Position numbers and translations under genes: made by a program. 64,000 nucleotides of DNA from Anthoceros angustus (lineage: Eukaryota; Plantae; Anthocerotophyta). Position 1 is the stretch's first letter; each line of letters begins with the position of its first letter. Positions 23,645 to 36,500 of this stretch are shown here, piece by piece. The notes beneath the pieces were generated by a model that was not told the origin of the DNA, made no database searches, and was given only the letters and a program-made list of their open reading frames with translations. The stretch covers positions 1,860,001-1,924,000 of the forward strand of contig MU008163.1 of the NCBI GenBank assembly GCA_010909165.1. The letters run 5' to 3'.

Positions 23645-25704
23645 TCAGGAATTTTGGGATCCCCGAGGTTTCTTCCGCTTATTGTCCTTCTTGCCAACAT
23701 CGGTGGCAGCTACATTGGATGTCAACTCCTTCCCTTCTGGTGCAGACCCTAAAATTGGGAAGACTGGACCCAAGGGCCGAGAGTGTTGATGAGGCCTCTG
23801 CTTGAAGTCAATTTCAGCATACACAGCAGCAGCTGCGTCGGTGCCCCTTCGCACAGAACCATCTGACAAACTGGAGGAAACGCTTGTAGCTGAGGTCTTG
23901 GCATTGATGCTTTTGAGCAGCTCGTCTACCTCACTGGCTGCCTTTGCATCTGCAGCATCCAAAGCTGGGGCATTCCAAAGACTTGACTGTAGACCCAATG
24001 GCCGAGCTTCTTGAGACATGGCCAGGCTCTCCCTATTCGACTCCTGGTTGCTGCTTTCAAGCTTCGTCTTCTTCTTTGGCCTCCCAATAACAGCTTTTCT
24101 CACTTCTACGTTTTCTTCCTCACTGTCACTAGTGCCAAGCTCATTGTCCAATTCGGCAATAGATTCATCCCCTCCCCTAGATTTGATAATCTCCTTGCAA
24201 GCCAACACAAGTTTCTGCTCTTGTGAAAAAACACTCCCGACTCCGTCCAGCATTTCCACGTCTTTCACAGCTGCCTGATTCAAAACTAGAGAGTCTGTTT
24301 GCACCTCGACTTTCCTATGCCTTCGAAGTTTCTTTTGAGTCCTCTCAATGTCATGCGCGTCAACCTGTATCAGATACATCACGGAAGGGATAAGTTTTCC
24401 TTCCCTGCAAAGAGTCTCTTGCAAATACATGCATCCTCAAGGACAGCACTAAACCACGTACCGCTTTCCTCAACATATCTGTAACCTCAACTGCTTTAGC
24501 TGTGGCAATCCGTACGCAACGCATGACTTCACTGGTGCTCACTCCCACACCTCCACCTTTCTGAATTGCACAAATCTCCCCATGTGCATTAGCCGTAACA
24601 GTTAACCGTCCTCGCATAATTGCTTCCTCTTTCAATCCAGGATCTACGACCTGCCAACAGAACTGGACACCATAAATCTATGCACAGACCCCTTGAGATT
24701 TTTTAGAGTAAGTTACATTCGATAAAAAGACACACATAATCACTCACCAAGAGCTCGCCATCACCAAAGAAGGCAAAAGTAACAGCAATTGGAAGATGAT
24801 GAATACTCAAGGGAATAGGCTCTCGCACCTGCCAAGGAGAACCACGTGAGGCAGGTGCCTAGAATTCAAGGACGAAGTCATGAGCAGGAAATCCAGGAAT
24901 TGCACCTCGGGTGGATAGACAACAACTTCCTGGCCATCGAGGCCACCAAGGCCACATTCAGGCCGGCGAAAGGAAAGAAGGGCAGCTAAAGCAGCAACGT
25001 TGGCAACATCCACCAGATTCCTGACAACACAACAAGAGAACTACAAGGTTGCTCATGTCGACCTACATAGAGCTGCAACGACTCATTTCTACAAAGGACC
25101 ACAACAAGATGGTCAGTAAAATACGTACCCGCCGTTATCCAGAATATGCAAATCCAACCGAATTGCCCAGACTGCTTTGCCTGCCACAACACACAAAGCT
25201 TCTGTATCCACTGCCTTGCTCTCCCTGCATAAAACCACCATAACATCTCAGCTACTAAAGGATGGAATCACTGCTGTTTTCACACAGAGTACAAGCTTGG
25301 TTACCTTAGACCTCGGTCCACAATTCGGCCAAGCTCCACTGCCAGTTCCCCTGGTCGTCCAGGCTCAAACGAAGGATCAGCCATGGGTGAAAACTCGGTG
25401 AAGATAGCCAGTGAGCCTTCATTTGGCCGGTCAGGATAGGGTGCTGCCAGTTGCCCACTTGCCACTGCCACAATCCTCGTTTCACCTTGCTGGACTTCCA
25501 CTGCACCATCCTCTCTGCAAGAATCAACCCGTCAGTATGAGCCAACCTGCTGGTGGCATCTCTGCACCGAAAGAGCTCAGTTACGTACCTTGCAAATCCG
25601 ATGACAGGAGGCCGCATATCAAAGAGACCACGGCCATCAATACGCTGCTCTGCAAGCAGCGCTGCCTGGATGAAGCTCTTCTCGTTGAGCGAGATGGTCC
25701 CCAT
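23645..25704 (-). CDS. RRP45: Exosome complex RNase PH-like subunit RRP45 with a long charged C-terminal extension
   Basis: NEKSFIQAAL...RIDGRGLFDMR, PYPDRPNEGSLAIFTEFSPMADPSFEPG, RAVDTEALCV, GNLVDVANVAALAALLSFRRP, GRLTVTANAHGEICAIQK. The last exon is within ORF 23645-24430. Confidence 0.93.
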
Positions 25705-25823
25705 TCCTCAGCCGGCTCAGGTCTCTCGGCGTTCAGCTGCAAGTTATTGTGGCTTCACGCGGATGAACCGTAAAACTTCGTTGCTCAATCTTAGCTGTTT
25801 TTGTCGTGCCGACACCGTGTTCA

Positions 25824-28707
25824 ATGGCATCCTTTGCGGCGGGGCAGGTTGTGACCATCAACTACAGCCGGCTGTTGGTGTGTATCCCTTCCTGGATGAG
25901 AGGCAGAGAGCTGCAAGATTATTGTTGTTCAGAATTGCCTGGTTCAAAAGCCGGCTGGACTCAGGCACCCATGCTAGCTTGCAGCTTGACTAGGCGTCCC
26001 ATTTCAGAGCAAAGAAGTCGACCTTTCAGAGAAGCTGGAGCAGGGATTTGGCCGGAGTGGTTTGGGCATCATCGCTGTCTCAGAAGTAACTCTATATTCT
26101 GGAGGTCTTGCTTGAAGAAGGGGACCGAGCCCTGGGGTTGACAGTACGAGATGCCTCCGTTTGCAGGTCCCCGGATATCCTGAATTGCGAAGCAGGTTGC
26201 TATTGCTGGCCGAACGGTAGATAACTGCACCTTACTGTCGTTCTACTGCACCTTTTCTGCTTGGTTACTGCTGTTCATTCTGCTGAATTGATGGCAGAGT
26301 TGTTTGGAATCGTGGCAGAGTCGCTTCACTTCCAGAGGAGGAGAAAAGGCAGCTAGAAGACCCAGACAGCAGGTGTGTGGTCTCTTGCCCTATGTAAAGA
26401 AAATCCCATCGGGAAGTCAGGAAGGAGACAAAGGTGTCCAACAGACCTGTTCGCCAGTTTCTTTGTTCTTCGGGCTCGGGATAAAATGTTGTTCTTGCAG
26501 GTACTCTTTTGGATGGAGTCATGGCAAGGAGATCTTGGAGTCTGGTCGACCTGGTATGTGCAGCCTTGTTGATTGCTCTCAATACCGGTTGAACTGCCGT
26601 TTCATTCCACGTTATCAGCTTAGGAGCTTGTGATCAGATGTACTGGATGTTAAGGTGCTGTGCATTTTGCCTACAGACATTTTGAAAGGATCATTCTATG
26701 CAAATCCACTTGTCGATGAACCTACCAAAGATAAATACCTTAAGAAGAGGTGAGATTTACTGTGCAGGTTCCACTGTTCGTTTTGCTAAGGTGTTTCCTC
26801 CTGAGTGGTGTAATTTGGGCTTGACACTTGCATCATCCACGTTTGCAGTTTTGTGTATCACATTTGTGAGGTGTGAGGAGTGAATGTAGCTTTTACAGGT
26901 GACTTGACTTTTACTCCCCGACTAACAGCCCTTTTCCTGTGCAGATATCCTTCATACTGCAGGCCAAATCTGTGGCCGAAGTCACGACTTCCTGAACTTG
27001 AGTCAAGTATAAAATCTATATGTCTGCTGTCTCTTTGGTTGTCGTACAGTTGCTTCCTGTTTACACCAGTCTTCATTATTGCAGCATTTAAGCAAGCTGG
27101 AAGGCTCATCTTTGATGTGGGGCTGCAGCTGGCGTATCATTGTGACAAGTATTGTAGGTGTCTCTTTGATGAACTCTTGGATGAGGCTAGCACTGTGAGC
27201 AGCACTAAAATAAGTCTCCTTATTTTCTGACGTGCAGTCTCAGTAAGAAGCCCACATGAGCAGCATTGGCACCTTCAGAGATCTTTACAACAGTCTCGGT
27301 GTCACAAAGGCAGACTGCTGCATTATTTCCCGGCTCCTGCTAGGTATCACACAGTATCCTGCATTGTGCAATTGTGTGGATTGTGCGTACTGGTCTCAAG
27401 TGCAATGCTTTTTGTCAAAAGATCTTTCTTGCTTCTTTGTATGTCTGGACTCACTTTGCTTGTGTAATCTGCATAGTGCGGATGCGCAAAGTCCTGAGCG
27501 AATCTCTTCCTGGTGTGGATGGCATATCGATCATGGTTCTCTTACAGGTGTTCATCTGTGCCTTGTGATGGAGTGTCCCTTGTGATCTCTAGGAAACTAA
27601 TTTGATCAAAACTCAAACCGTATTGTGAGCTTGCTCTTGGTGTGTCAGGAAATGTGGGGTTAAAACCTCACCAGAAAGCTGTTTCGTTGGTGTTTTCTTC
27701 AATGTAGCCATGTATGCCTTAGACTGAGCTGGATAAGTTGTGCCAAAAATACGACAAACTGTGTGTTTGATCAGGAAGCCTGGTAATTACATGCAGGCCT
27801 TACCTGTGCACTTTACACAAAGGATGGGCTGGAAGTACCTTGTCCAGATGCAGAAGCTGGTCTTTACATAAAGAACGCAGCTGGAAACATTGTGAAGGTT
27901 GACATGCTTTTACTTGTTGACCATCTTAGAATTTGACAAGGATTGCACCTCATCGTAAGTAGCTGTGAGTGATGTTTACAGCTGAAACTGTGTGTCGGCA
28001 GCCTCTCTTGCTGCGCCAAGATGCGAGCATGCCGTCATACCATGTTTGCTGAAGATGCTGCGTGCAACAGCCTTTTAATAACCTTAAGTCGGTGTATAGG
28101 TCGCCCCTGCTTTTTGATCTGTCTCTGAGACGACATCGTGTGAGCATTCAATGCAGGCTGAGTACGGGAAGAATGACATCGCCTTTCAGATGGGTGAAGC
28201 TACAGAGGTCCTGTCCGGTGGCCTGTATCATGCAACTCCACATTGTGTCAAGGTTAGCATGTTTTCCACTAGCGTACTCTTGCAATCAATCAGAGATTAC
28301 CGGGGATGTTGCTGACAGCCATTCTACTGAACACAGGCTGCTCAAGGGGAGCTGGCTGCTGGAGTATCTCGAAACACGTTTGCCCTGTTTCTTCAGCCCC
28401 AATGGTATGAGGCTCGCTGTGCCCACGTCTATTCTCCAAACAGCTTTTTTGCGTTGGCAGCATCCAAGTAACCCGAGATGATGGCACTGTGCAGGGATGA
28501 GCCAATGCAACCCCCACATCTCCGAGGACAAGACCAAGTACGTACCTCAAACATCAAACCTGGGTTGGCTCACAGCCACTCTCCTTACTCGTATCTCACA
28601 CCTCTCCACTCACTCACTCTCTCCCTGTTCAGGCTCCAGAACAAGCGTCTAATGTGCCCAACTTTGGGGACTTCTCCGAAAGGACAATCTCCGACCACTA
28701 CATGTGA
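25824..28707 (+). CDS. 2-oxoglutarate/Fe(II)-dependent oxygenase superfamily protein, At3g63290-like, multi-exon
   Basis: Spliced pieces MASFAAGQVVTINYSRLL|SKEVDLSEKLEQGFGRSGLGIIAVSE|VPGYPELR, LPEEEKRQLEDPDSR|YSFGWSHGKEILESG, KGSFYANP, YPSYCRPNLWP, SRCHKGRLLHYFP, WCGWHIDHGSLTG (HxD), HATPHCV (distal His), RNTFALFLQPQW; ends ...SDHYM* at 28707. Confidence 0.9.
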
Positions 28708-31700
28708 TTGCCAGTCACAGATGTGCTCCGAGCCCCAGCAGCGCCTGTCTCCCAGCAGTCGTGTTCACTGTACCGGCATGTTATGTCTTTCGGTTGCCAG
28801 TGTTTTTGGGGAGGACGCTGCTTTCGGCGGAGGGGGGACGAAGTCGCCCATTGATGGCCTTGTGTCCTCTTGTCTACTCATGGCCAGTTGCAGTTGGGAT
28901 TTTGGGACCGCCCCATGTGAGCCTTTGCACAGCACCCGGATCATTGCCTCAACTCACTCCTATTGCAAGTCACCCAAACCTTGCTTTCTCGTGTCTTTTC
29001 TGCGAGCAGCATCGCAGCCAGACATTTGTAATTTTGAATTCCCTTGCATATACTACTCCTTGCAAGATGTGGGAAACCCGAAAGGAATTAAAATTCCAAC
29101 CGCCCAGGAAAATCCTTGAACCGCCCACAAAAAGTGTGGCGCATACGCAACTAGCACGTGGAGCGGCTAAAAGGAAAAGCGGGGGGTGGAAGAGAGGGGA
29201 AGGGAATAAAGTAGGTTAAGGCGACGTTCGCTCTTTCGATTCAGCTGCTTCACGTTCATGGAAGGCTGTTGCATGGCCCATAAATGGGACAGATTCCTCT
29301 GATATGGGGTTGGAGCTGGGTAACATGGCCATCAATGCGCCTTCTTAAATCCGCCCATTATTAAGACGCGCCTATCATCATCCACCAGCCATGCATATCC
29401 ACATCTCCATCGCTGCCGGCCGCCCTGCTGCCGCTGCTGCGGAAGTGTTGGAACTCCCCTCGCAGCGGCGGATATGCATGCATATACACTGCGTGTATGA
29501 AGTGTCTAGAGCAGGCAGCAGGCAGCAGGCAGGGAGGCAGGTTGTGGGTTCTGTTGGAAGGGAAGGCCATCGGCGGCCCACCGGCAAGGCCCCAGTGGGG
29601 CAGCCCTATCGCCCACCAATAGGGTTTTTCCCCCACTTTCCTCCGCTGCCTGCTGTGGGTCGTGAAAGGCGGGGATCTGAAATCTGGATCCCCGGGCCCC
29701 GGCAGCTGGAATCGCGTCCAGGAGTTGGGGGTGCCACGCTCCGTTAAGGACGACGCTGTACGACCCACTCCTCTCTGACTGCTCCCCCTCCAACCGCATA
29801 CCAGCATCGCCATCGCAATAGGCAGCAGCAGCTTGTGGCCGATGCCCATCTGCCCTCACATCGCCGATGGTGATGCATGCAGCATGCTCACCGGCCTGTA
29901 CATTGGTACACAATTTTTTGTGGGTTCCACATTTCACCTGGTCACATCCTCGCTCGGCCCCCGATTCTGGTTGTGGGCGGTGGAGAACCCTGGTGGGTTT
30001 TGCATGGTAATTCCATCCGTGACAGTGCAGCGACGGTGCTGGTTGATCCCTCGGGTTTGTGGGTTCCACATTTCACCTCGCCTAATCACACCGCCCTCGA
30101 TGATGGTCCATTCTCGTTGTGGGCGGTGGAGAATCCTAGTGGGTTTTCATGCTCATCACGTCCCCAGCAATGCAAGGCAATGCAATGCAGCTGGCTATTA
30201 TGTGGATGCGACGAGCGTATCAAGGAGGCCAGGCCAGGCAGCCCTGGTTGACAAATGGGTGGTGCACTGCCAGCTTGCTAAGGACGCACACACATCTACA
30301 CACACACCAATGCCAAGTACACTAGCAACCCGGTCTTCTATCCTTCCTTCCTTCCTTCCTTCCCGCCCTCCATCCCTCCCTTTGCCTCCTCATATTTTTT
30401 TCTCTTCCGCCCCAAATTTGAGGTCGTTATGCCCAGGCAGAGGCCCAGGCCCGGGCCCGGCCCGGAGCCTCTTCTCCTTCAAGATGCGTGGTCGCGACAC
30501 TTATCTAACCTTTGCCTGGCCAGTAGCAGTTCGGGCTGGGTTGAAGTACTGTTTGATTCCCAACCCCCTTCCTTACAAGGCGCAGCACATGAGCGACAGC
30601 AGGGCAGCAGCAGGTACTTGATCTGGCGTTGGCCACTGGGCCCGGGTGTGGACTCTCACCAACTCCCGCTGCCCTGCCCAGCCAGGCCTGGCCCTCTGGG
30701 CCTGCCCTGCTCTGCCTGCAAGCATCATTCAACCAGCTCCGCCAGTGCTCCCCTCGCGATGGCGACGCATCGCTCCCCCCTGGCACGCGCGCCACCCCGC
30801 TCCCCCCAGTGCGCACTGCTCTCAGTGCCACGCCCATGATTCCCTCGCAGACTCGCATTACTCGCTTTGCCATTCGCTCTCGCTCTTTCCGTCCATCTCC
30901 CCTCTTTCGGTCGTCACCATTCATTCCCGTCCTTTCTTCTTCCTCCTCTTCCCAGGCTCCTATGAGCTAAGAACAAAGGCTTTGAACATGAATATCCGGA
31001 TGCCATAAGCCAAGCTGCCGACAACAAGGACGTATTTGAGTGGAAACTCCGATCTCAAATGGGGTGTTTGATGATGTCCAATTTCGTAGCTTGATAGCCC
31101 GCAAAGTGGTACAACATGGAAACAAACGTACAAAGCCGCAAGACATGTGGAACTAGACTAAGTGGAGATAAGGTTTTAGAGATGTGGAATCGAGACCTCC
31201 TTCTCTACCCACACATCATGTGTACATCCATCTCTCACCCTTCGACGACTAGAACCTTTCTTCCTTCTTCTTCTTTTACCTCCTCCTCTTCTTCTTACAT
31301 GTTCTTCTCCTTCTTGTGTGCTTCTTGTTCAAACGTTCCTTCACCTTCTCTTCTTTTGTTTCTTGTTTGCCTCTTCCCCTCCTTTCTCGATTTGCTCAAG
31401 CATCGATATCACCCCAGAGCTGGCCACACACATGCACATACATCTACACACCTTCCAGCTCCCCTCCCAACGAGGATCCGGCCCATGGGTCGATCTGTAT
31501 GGAGCGCACAAGCAAGCCGGTGGGACGGAACGGGGGACTGGTGACGGGGAACGGGGCGGCAGGTGGTGGGACCTGGTGCGTGCAACAGTTACTTTGCAGG
31601 ATATTTAACTCACGCCAAGGGAGGTTCAAACTCTCAAGATTAAAGATCCATCCCCATCATGGCCTTGGGCCGCCAAGTACAGTCAAAGACGAAGCAAGCC

Positions 31701-33221
31701 AGTCCCGCGGGGAATAATCAGTTGCATAATGGCGCCAGCACAATCATAATCCCCCGATAATCCATCATTATTTTACTCTCCATTTCACATTTACCCTGCG
31801 TTCTATCATTGGCGTAACCCCTCGACCCAAGGGAGAGCGTGGAGGGAACGGGTGAACGGGCTCCCTCTCCCCGTTCCGTTTCCCCCCCCCACCCCTCCCC
31901 TCTCCACTCCGGCTCGGATTTTTTATGGGCGCTGCTCCATCCTGGTGGGTTTTCCGGAGGCTGCCAGAATCTGAAACCAGATTTTTGTGGGCTGCTTCCG
32001 TTGGCTTCCTGGCCTCCGATTCGCGGAGAAGGGGAGATGATGAACTCGTGCGAGGGATGGAGGAGTTTGTTTTTCTATCACCTGATTCTCCGTGTCTTGC
32101 GTTGGCCTAGTCAAGTTGTATAGTTTAATACGAAAGCGAGTTGAGTGCAAGTACAGGCCGGAAAAGCAGGCGAGCGTGAGGGAGGGTCCCGGTCCCGAAC
32201 CTCCATGGGCCTGGACCACTTCGCTTCCGTTAGTTTTCTATAAGTAAATAAACAAGCGCGAGCAGTCAACCAGGTCGAAGCAAAGGTGGTCAAATGTAAG
32301 ACGCCACCCACATGATGAGTGCCCATGACTCATGTGACTCATATCGTATGTCCCACGGCATGCCCCCATGGCATGGCATGCGGTTCCATGGCCATGGCCA
32401 TGCACATGCATGTGGAGCCCGACCCGGGGTTGACTGCGGTCAAAGGCGTGTGTGAGGACCTAACCGACTTGGGTCAGGCGGTTACGAAGAGAGCAGTCAT
32501 GAGTACCAGGTTCGCGTTCAGAAGCGGCTGGCTTCTCCGACCACCATTATACAAAGTCCGCAGTCCCTGCCTCCTCCGTCAGCTTTCCGCAGGCAGGCGG
32601 TTACGCACTAGCACCGCCCCCATGTTTGGCGGCAACTAAACATTCCCCTTAATTCTGGTCAGCTAAGTGCTTAAGAATGATGTGAGCTATATATTGCTAT
32701 TATCTTGTGTGAGTCCCTTCGTCTTATATGGTAATGGTAATGGTAATGGGTGTGAAACGCATATGCAGCATGCGGATGGAATCAGATTTCATGATCCCGG
32801 GACTTGAAGTCACATGAAGGATCATAAATATGTGAAGAATGTAAGTGGTGAGCTGGACCCATAGTGCTAGTTGAGGTTAAATGAAAGCGCGTGTGAGGTT
32901 TGAAATATGGGTCAGTCTGCATTCTGCAGCGTAGCGTTACAATGGCAACGTAGCATCCATAAAGATTGAGTAATGACACAAGTCAGGAAACGTACCAACT
33001 CTAGAGCGAGGTGATGTCGTGAGGCACCCACTTGTGCCCGATTTCGGATAGAGATGCCTGACACTCTGACACAGTTATCATGTGGCTAGGATTGAACCGA
33101 ACTGCGGCTTCTGCAAAAGCAACGGAGCATCTGACACGATAACATGCAGGTAGGTCGGAGTGGGCGCCACAAGTTCACGCTGCGCCATGGATATATAAAA
33201 CAAAATCTTGTGACGTGGGGA

Positions 33222-33520
33222 GGTGCAGTTTCTTCGCTCACAAGTTTCTGGGTACTTGTGACCGTGGGAGGAGCGATTTCGTTGCTTGCAAGTTTCCCAG
33301 TACCAATCACCGTGGGCCGGTGCAGTTTCATTGGTGCGATTTCATTGCTCACAAGTCTCTGAGTACCAGTGATCGTTGGGTGGTGCGATTTCATTGCTCA
33401 CAAGTCTCTGGGTACGAGCGATTGTTGGCCGGTGCGATTTCATTGCTCACAAGTCTCCGAAGTACCAGTGATTGTTGGGCGGTGCGATTTCATTGCTCAC
33501 AAGTTTTTCGGGTACCACAA
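33222..33520. repeat. Six-unit minisatellite of about 49 bp, each unit containing GTAC
   Basis: Conserved part gtgcgatttcattgctcacaagt. GTAC occurs at 33252, 33300, 33363, 33412, 33462 and 33512. Confidence 0.9.
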
Positions 33521-36500
33521 ACCTACACGTTTCTGCAACTTGCTTTGTTCCGTTTAGCTTGTGTGGACGAATATATGTACCATTGCCGTTATTTAATCAG
33601 GTTATTTGGGCGACCGACTGCCACTACTATATAATATGTTATCTATATTTACTTACGTAAAAAGGTGAAATAACTTGGAAGTATGTCATGTTAGGTTTGT
33701 GGGACGAATATCAGTACCCTCATCCGATCAACTTGCTTGTGTGACAAGATGACATCGCTGTTTCATATATTATCTAAATTCACTTGCGTGTAAAGTGAGG
33801 AACTGCTATTTAGGAGAAGTGGGGTAAACGGAAGGGAGTTATGTATGTAGGTATCGTAAGTTATAAAGTTACAGGGGAAGCTGAGATCCGGGGCCAGTCC
33901 TGTCCCCGTGGTGCAGTAGGGCGGGCCCAGGCCGGGATCCCTGTCGGAACGCGAACTGCTCGCCGGCGCCGGAAAAGCCTCCCTTCCTGCATCGGTGCGC
34001 GTTCCCACTGGGATCGCGATTCGCGCCGGGCTGCTCACTTCAGGCCAGTCAGTAGAGTCCCCAAGAGGGTTATTAAAAGATGGAAGGCCATTGCTTCTCC
34101 CACCCGGCCGCCGGTTCCCGGCTGCCGGTTCTCGGTTCCCGGTTCCTGGTTCCCGGTTTCCGGTGCCTACACCATGCCTTTTCTCTCTCTATGGCCCCCA
34201 TCTTTCATGAGCGCGTGCTTCCCCATCCGTCGATCCTCCTCAACACCATAGATTCAGGGTCTGAGTTTCCATCCCCCCAGACGTGTGGAGTTTCATGCTC
34301 GCATACCCGGCATGGATGCGTCATGGATGGTCAATGTGACATGGACCGGAGACTGGAGACCGGAGACCGGAAGAAGCGGGTTGCGCAGGTGGGCGCACCT
34401 GCTCGGGGTGGGAGCCCGGGATTAGGTTTTTTAGAAGCTGAAAGAAGGGTCGAGTCGACTTCACGTCCAGCTCTGGTGCGCGCGATTCGCGACGTTCTAG
34501 AACCTGCCGCTTTAATGGCGTTCGAAACGAGGATTCTATTACAACGGACATGCAATGGAGAAGAGGAGAAGAGAGAGCGGGAGTGCGGGGATTAGCAGGT
34601 ACCGGCAGACGGTGGACGTCTCTCGCGCATCAACGTGATAGATCTATGTGTCAACCACTCAGATTATGGCTCGCTTTCATGGTACTGGAGGGTCAGGGCG
34701 CCCATTTACTGTGGTCAATTCGAGGCTTTACTGTGGGCTCCGGGTACCAGTTCCTGTCACTCGTCCGTAAGAGAGCCCAGAGGAGTTTTAAGGGTGGCCT
34801 GCACTGCACTGCACTGCACTGCACCCTGCTGCTGCTGCCGTAGCGCAGCAAGTACTTGCCGCCTCTCTCTCTGCCTCTGCCTCTGCCTTGCTTGTGGCTT
34901 GTGTACTTGCGAACTAATTGCTTCCGCCTCACATGCCCAGTACCATGTTACCTACGCCCATTATGACGATGCCATTGCTGCTGGAAGCCTGCAACCGGCT
35001 CTTCCTACTTTTGTCTATCTTCCTTCCCCCAAACCCGCCACAGCAACATCCCCATCCGTCCGCAAGCCAACCTCGTTGCTCATGGCCGTTGCGGGACCGA
35101 GCTCGCAAAACCCACCACGAAAACACCGGCTGTGGCCAAAACCCACAAAAACAAGCCATCGCCCATGAAGAGAGCAAGGAGGGACATGATTTGGTTATGG
35201 TACCAACATGAGCTAGATTTCACATCAAGCGAGAGCGACGGGCTATTTTTTTTGACTTCGGCTGCTGCAATGCGCACAGCTTGTCTACGATGTTCATGGG
35301 CGACATGGAACGGTGTTTCACGATCGGGCTGTTAGAGAGAGCACATGGATCACGGCGCTGCAGCGGAGTGTGAGTGGAATCCAGATCAAGGAGAAGCGGT
35401 CCATTCCATCGCTTCAGTGGAAGTCCTTTGCCCTAAGAGCCAGCAAAGAGAGGCAGATTAGTTGGGCAGCGGCGGATGCCCAACCCCTAGACGGGCGGAA
35501 GGGCAGGGAGCGAATCTGGGCAGCAGCAGCAGCAGCAGCAGCGGCACCCACCCAGAATGTTGCAATACCAACCCAACGCTACCTGGGGTGATGGGGAGCG
35601 GGCTGGGTCACAAAAAACCCACAAGACAGAATCTGGGTGTGGATTCATGGCGATTCGCCCACCAAAACGATGGGCTGGCCCTGGCGCCCCGCCCTAATGC
35701 CCAACAAAAACCAGCACCAGCACCAGCACCAGCGGAGCAGCAGCAGCAGCAGCAGCAGCAGGCCAGTGCACCATCAACGGCCATGTGTGCCAGCGTACCT
35801 TCTACCAACACCGCTTCACTCGCACACACCAGCAGTCACTCAGGTGGTCAGAGCAGTACTAACTGCATCTCATCAGGCAGGCGGTACCGCATTGCAACTC
35901 TAAACGCTGGGGCCCCTGTTGAAGGGGACGGATCAGCCGCACACAGCCAGCCCAGCTGCCCGGGCCCCTGGGGCCTGCAACCCGAGAGAACACGAGAGCG
36001 CATTTCACCACACCTAACTCCTGTTTTTTTGTTTTCACCATCTCATACATGCCTTTGCCTGTGCACAGCCTCTGTCTCGCCTGCTTCCTCCCAAGCCCAC
36101 ACGCACGAGCCCCAGCTCGCCCTTGTCCCCAATCTCCGGTGAAGGGTAAAAAAGTGAATCACGAGGTAGATTTTGGTCTACAACACCGTATACCTACCTC
36201 CCTCCCCGGCCTCGCCACACCCTTGCCCAGATACTATAACATACTGCCGTTGTTGCACTTGCGTGATGGTGGGTGGTGGTACATACATGGAGGTAACGGT
36301 CCTGGGCATCAGTGGATTGCCCAAGTTGATTTATTCATACGCCTAACTCCTACAAACATATGCAGCAGCAGCAGCAGCAGCAGCAGCAAGTGCCAGCTTA
36401 GTAGGCCTTCGGGACCTGGTTTCCATTCATCCTCCTCATCGTCCCGGCATTCTTCATGAAGAAGTTGTGCATACAAGCAAGCCAAGCCAAGCCAAGCCAA

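Noticed and set aside
29390-29480. miRNA precursor (catgcatatcc...ggatatgcatg)
   Set aside because: The stem is only 11 bp plus 6 bp with a large asymmetric bulge and is built from common CATG repeats.
33222-33520. CRISPR-like look (conserved 23-bp part plus variable 26-bp part)
   Set aside because: The variable parts are homologous to each other, there are no cas genes, and the context is eukaryotic. It is a minisatellite.
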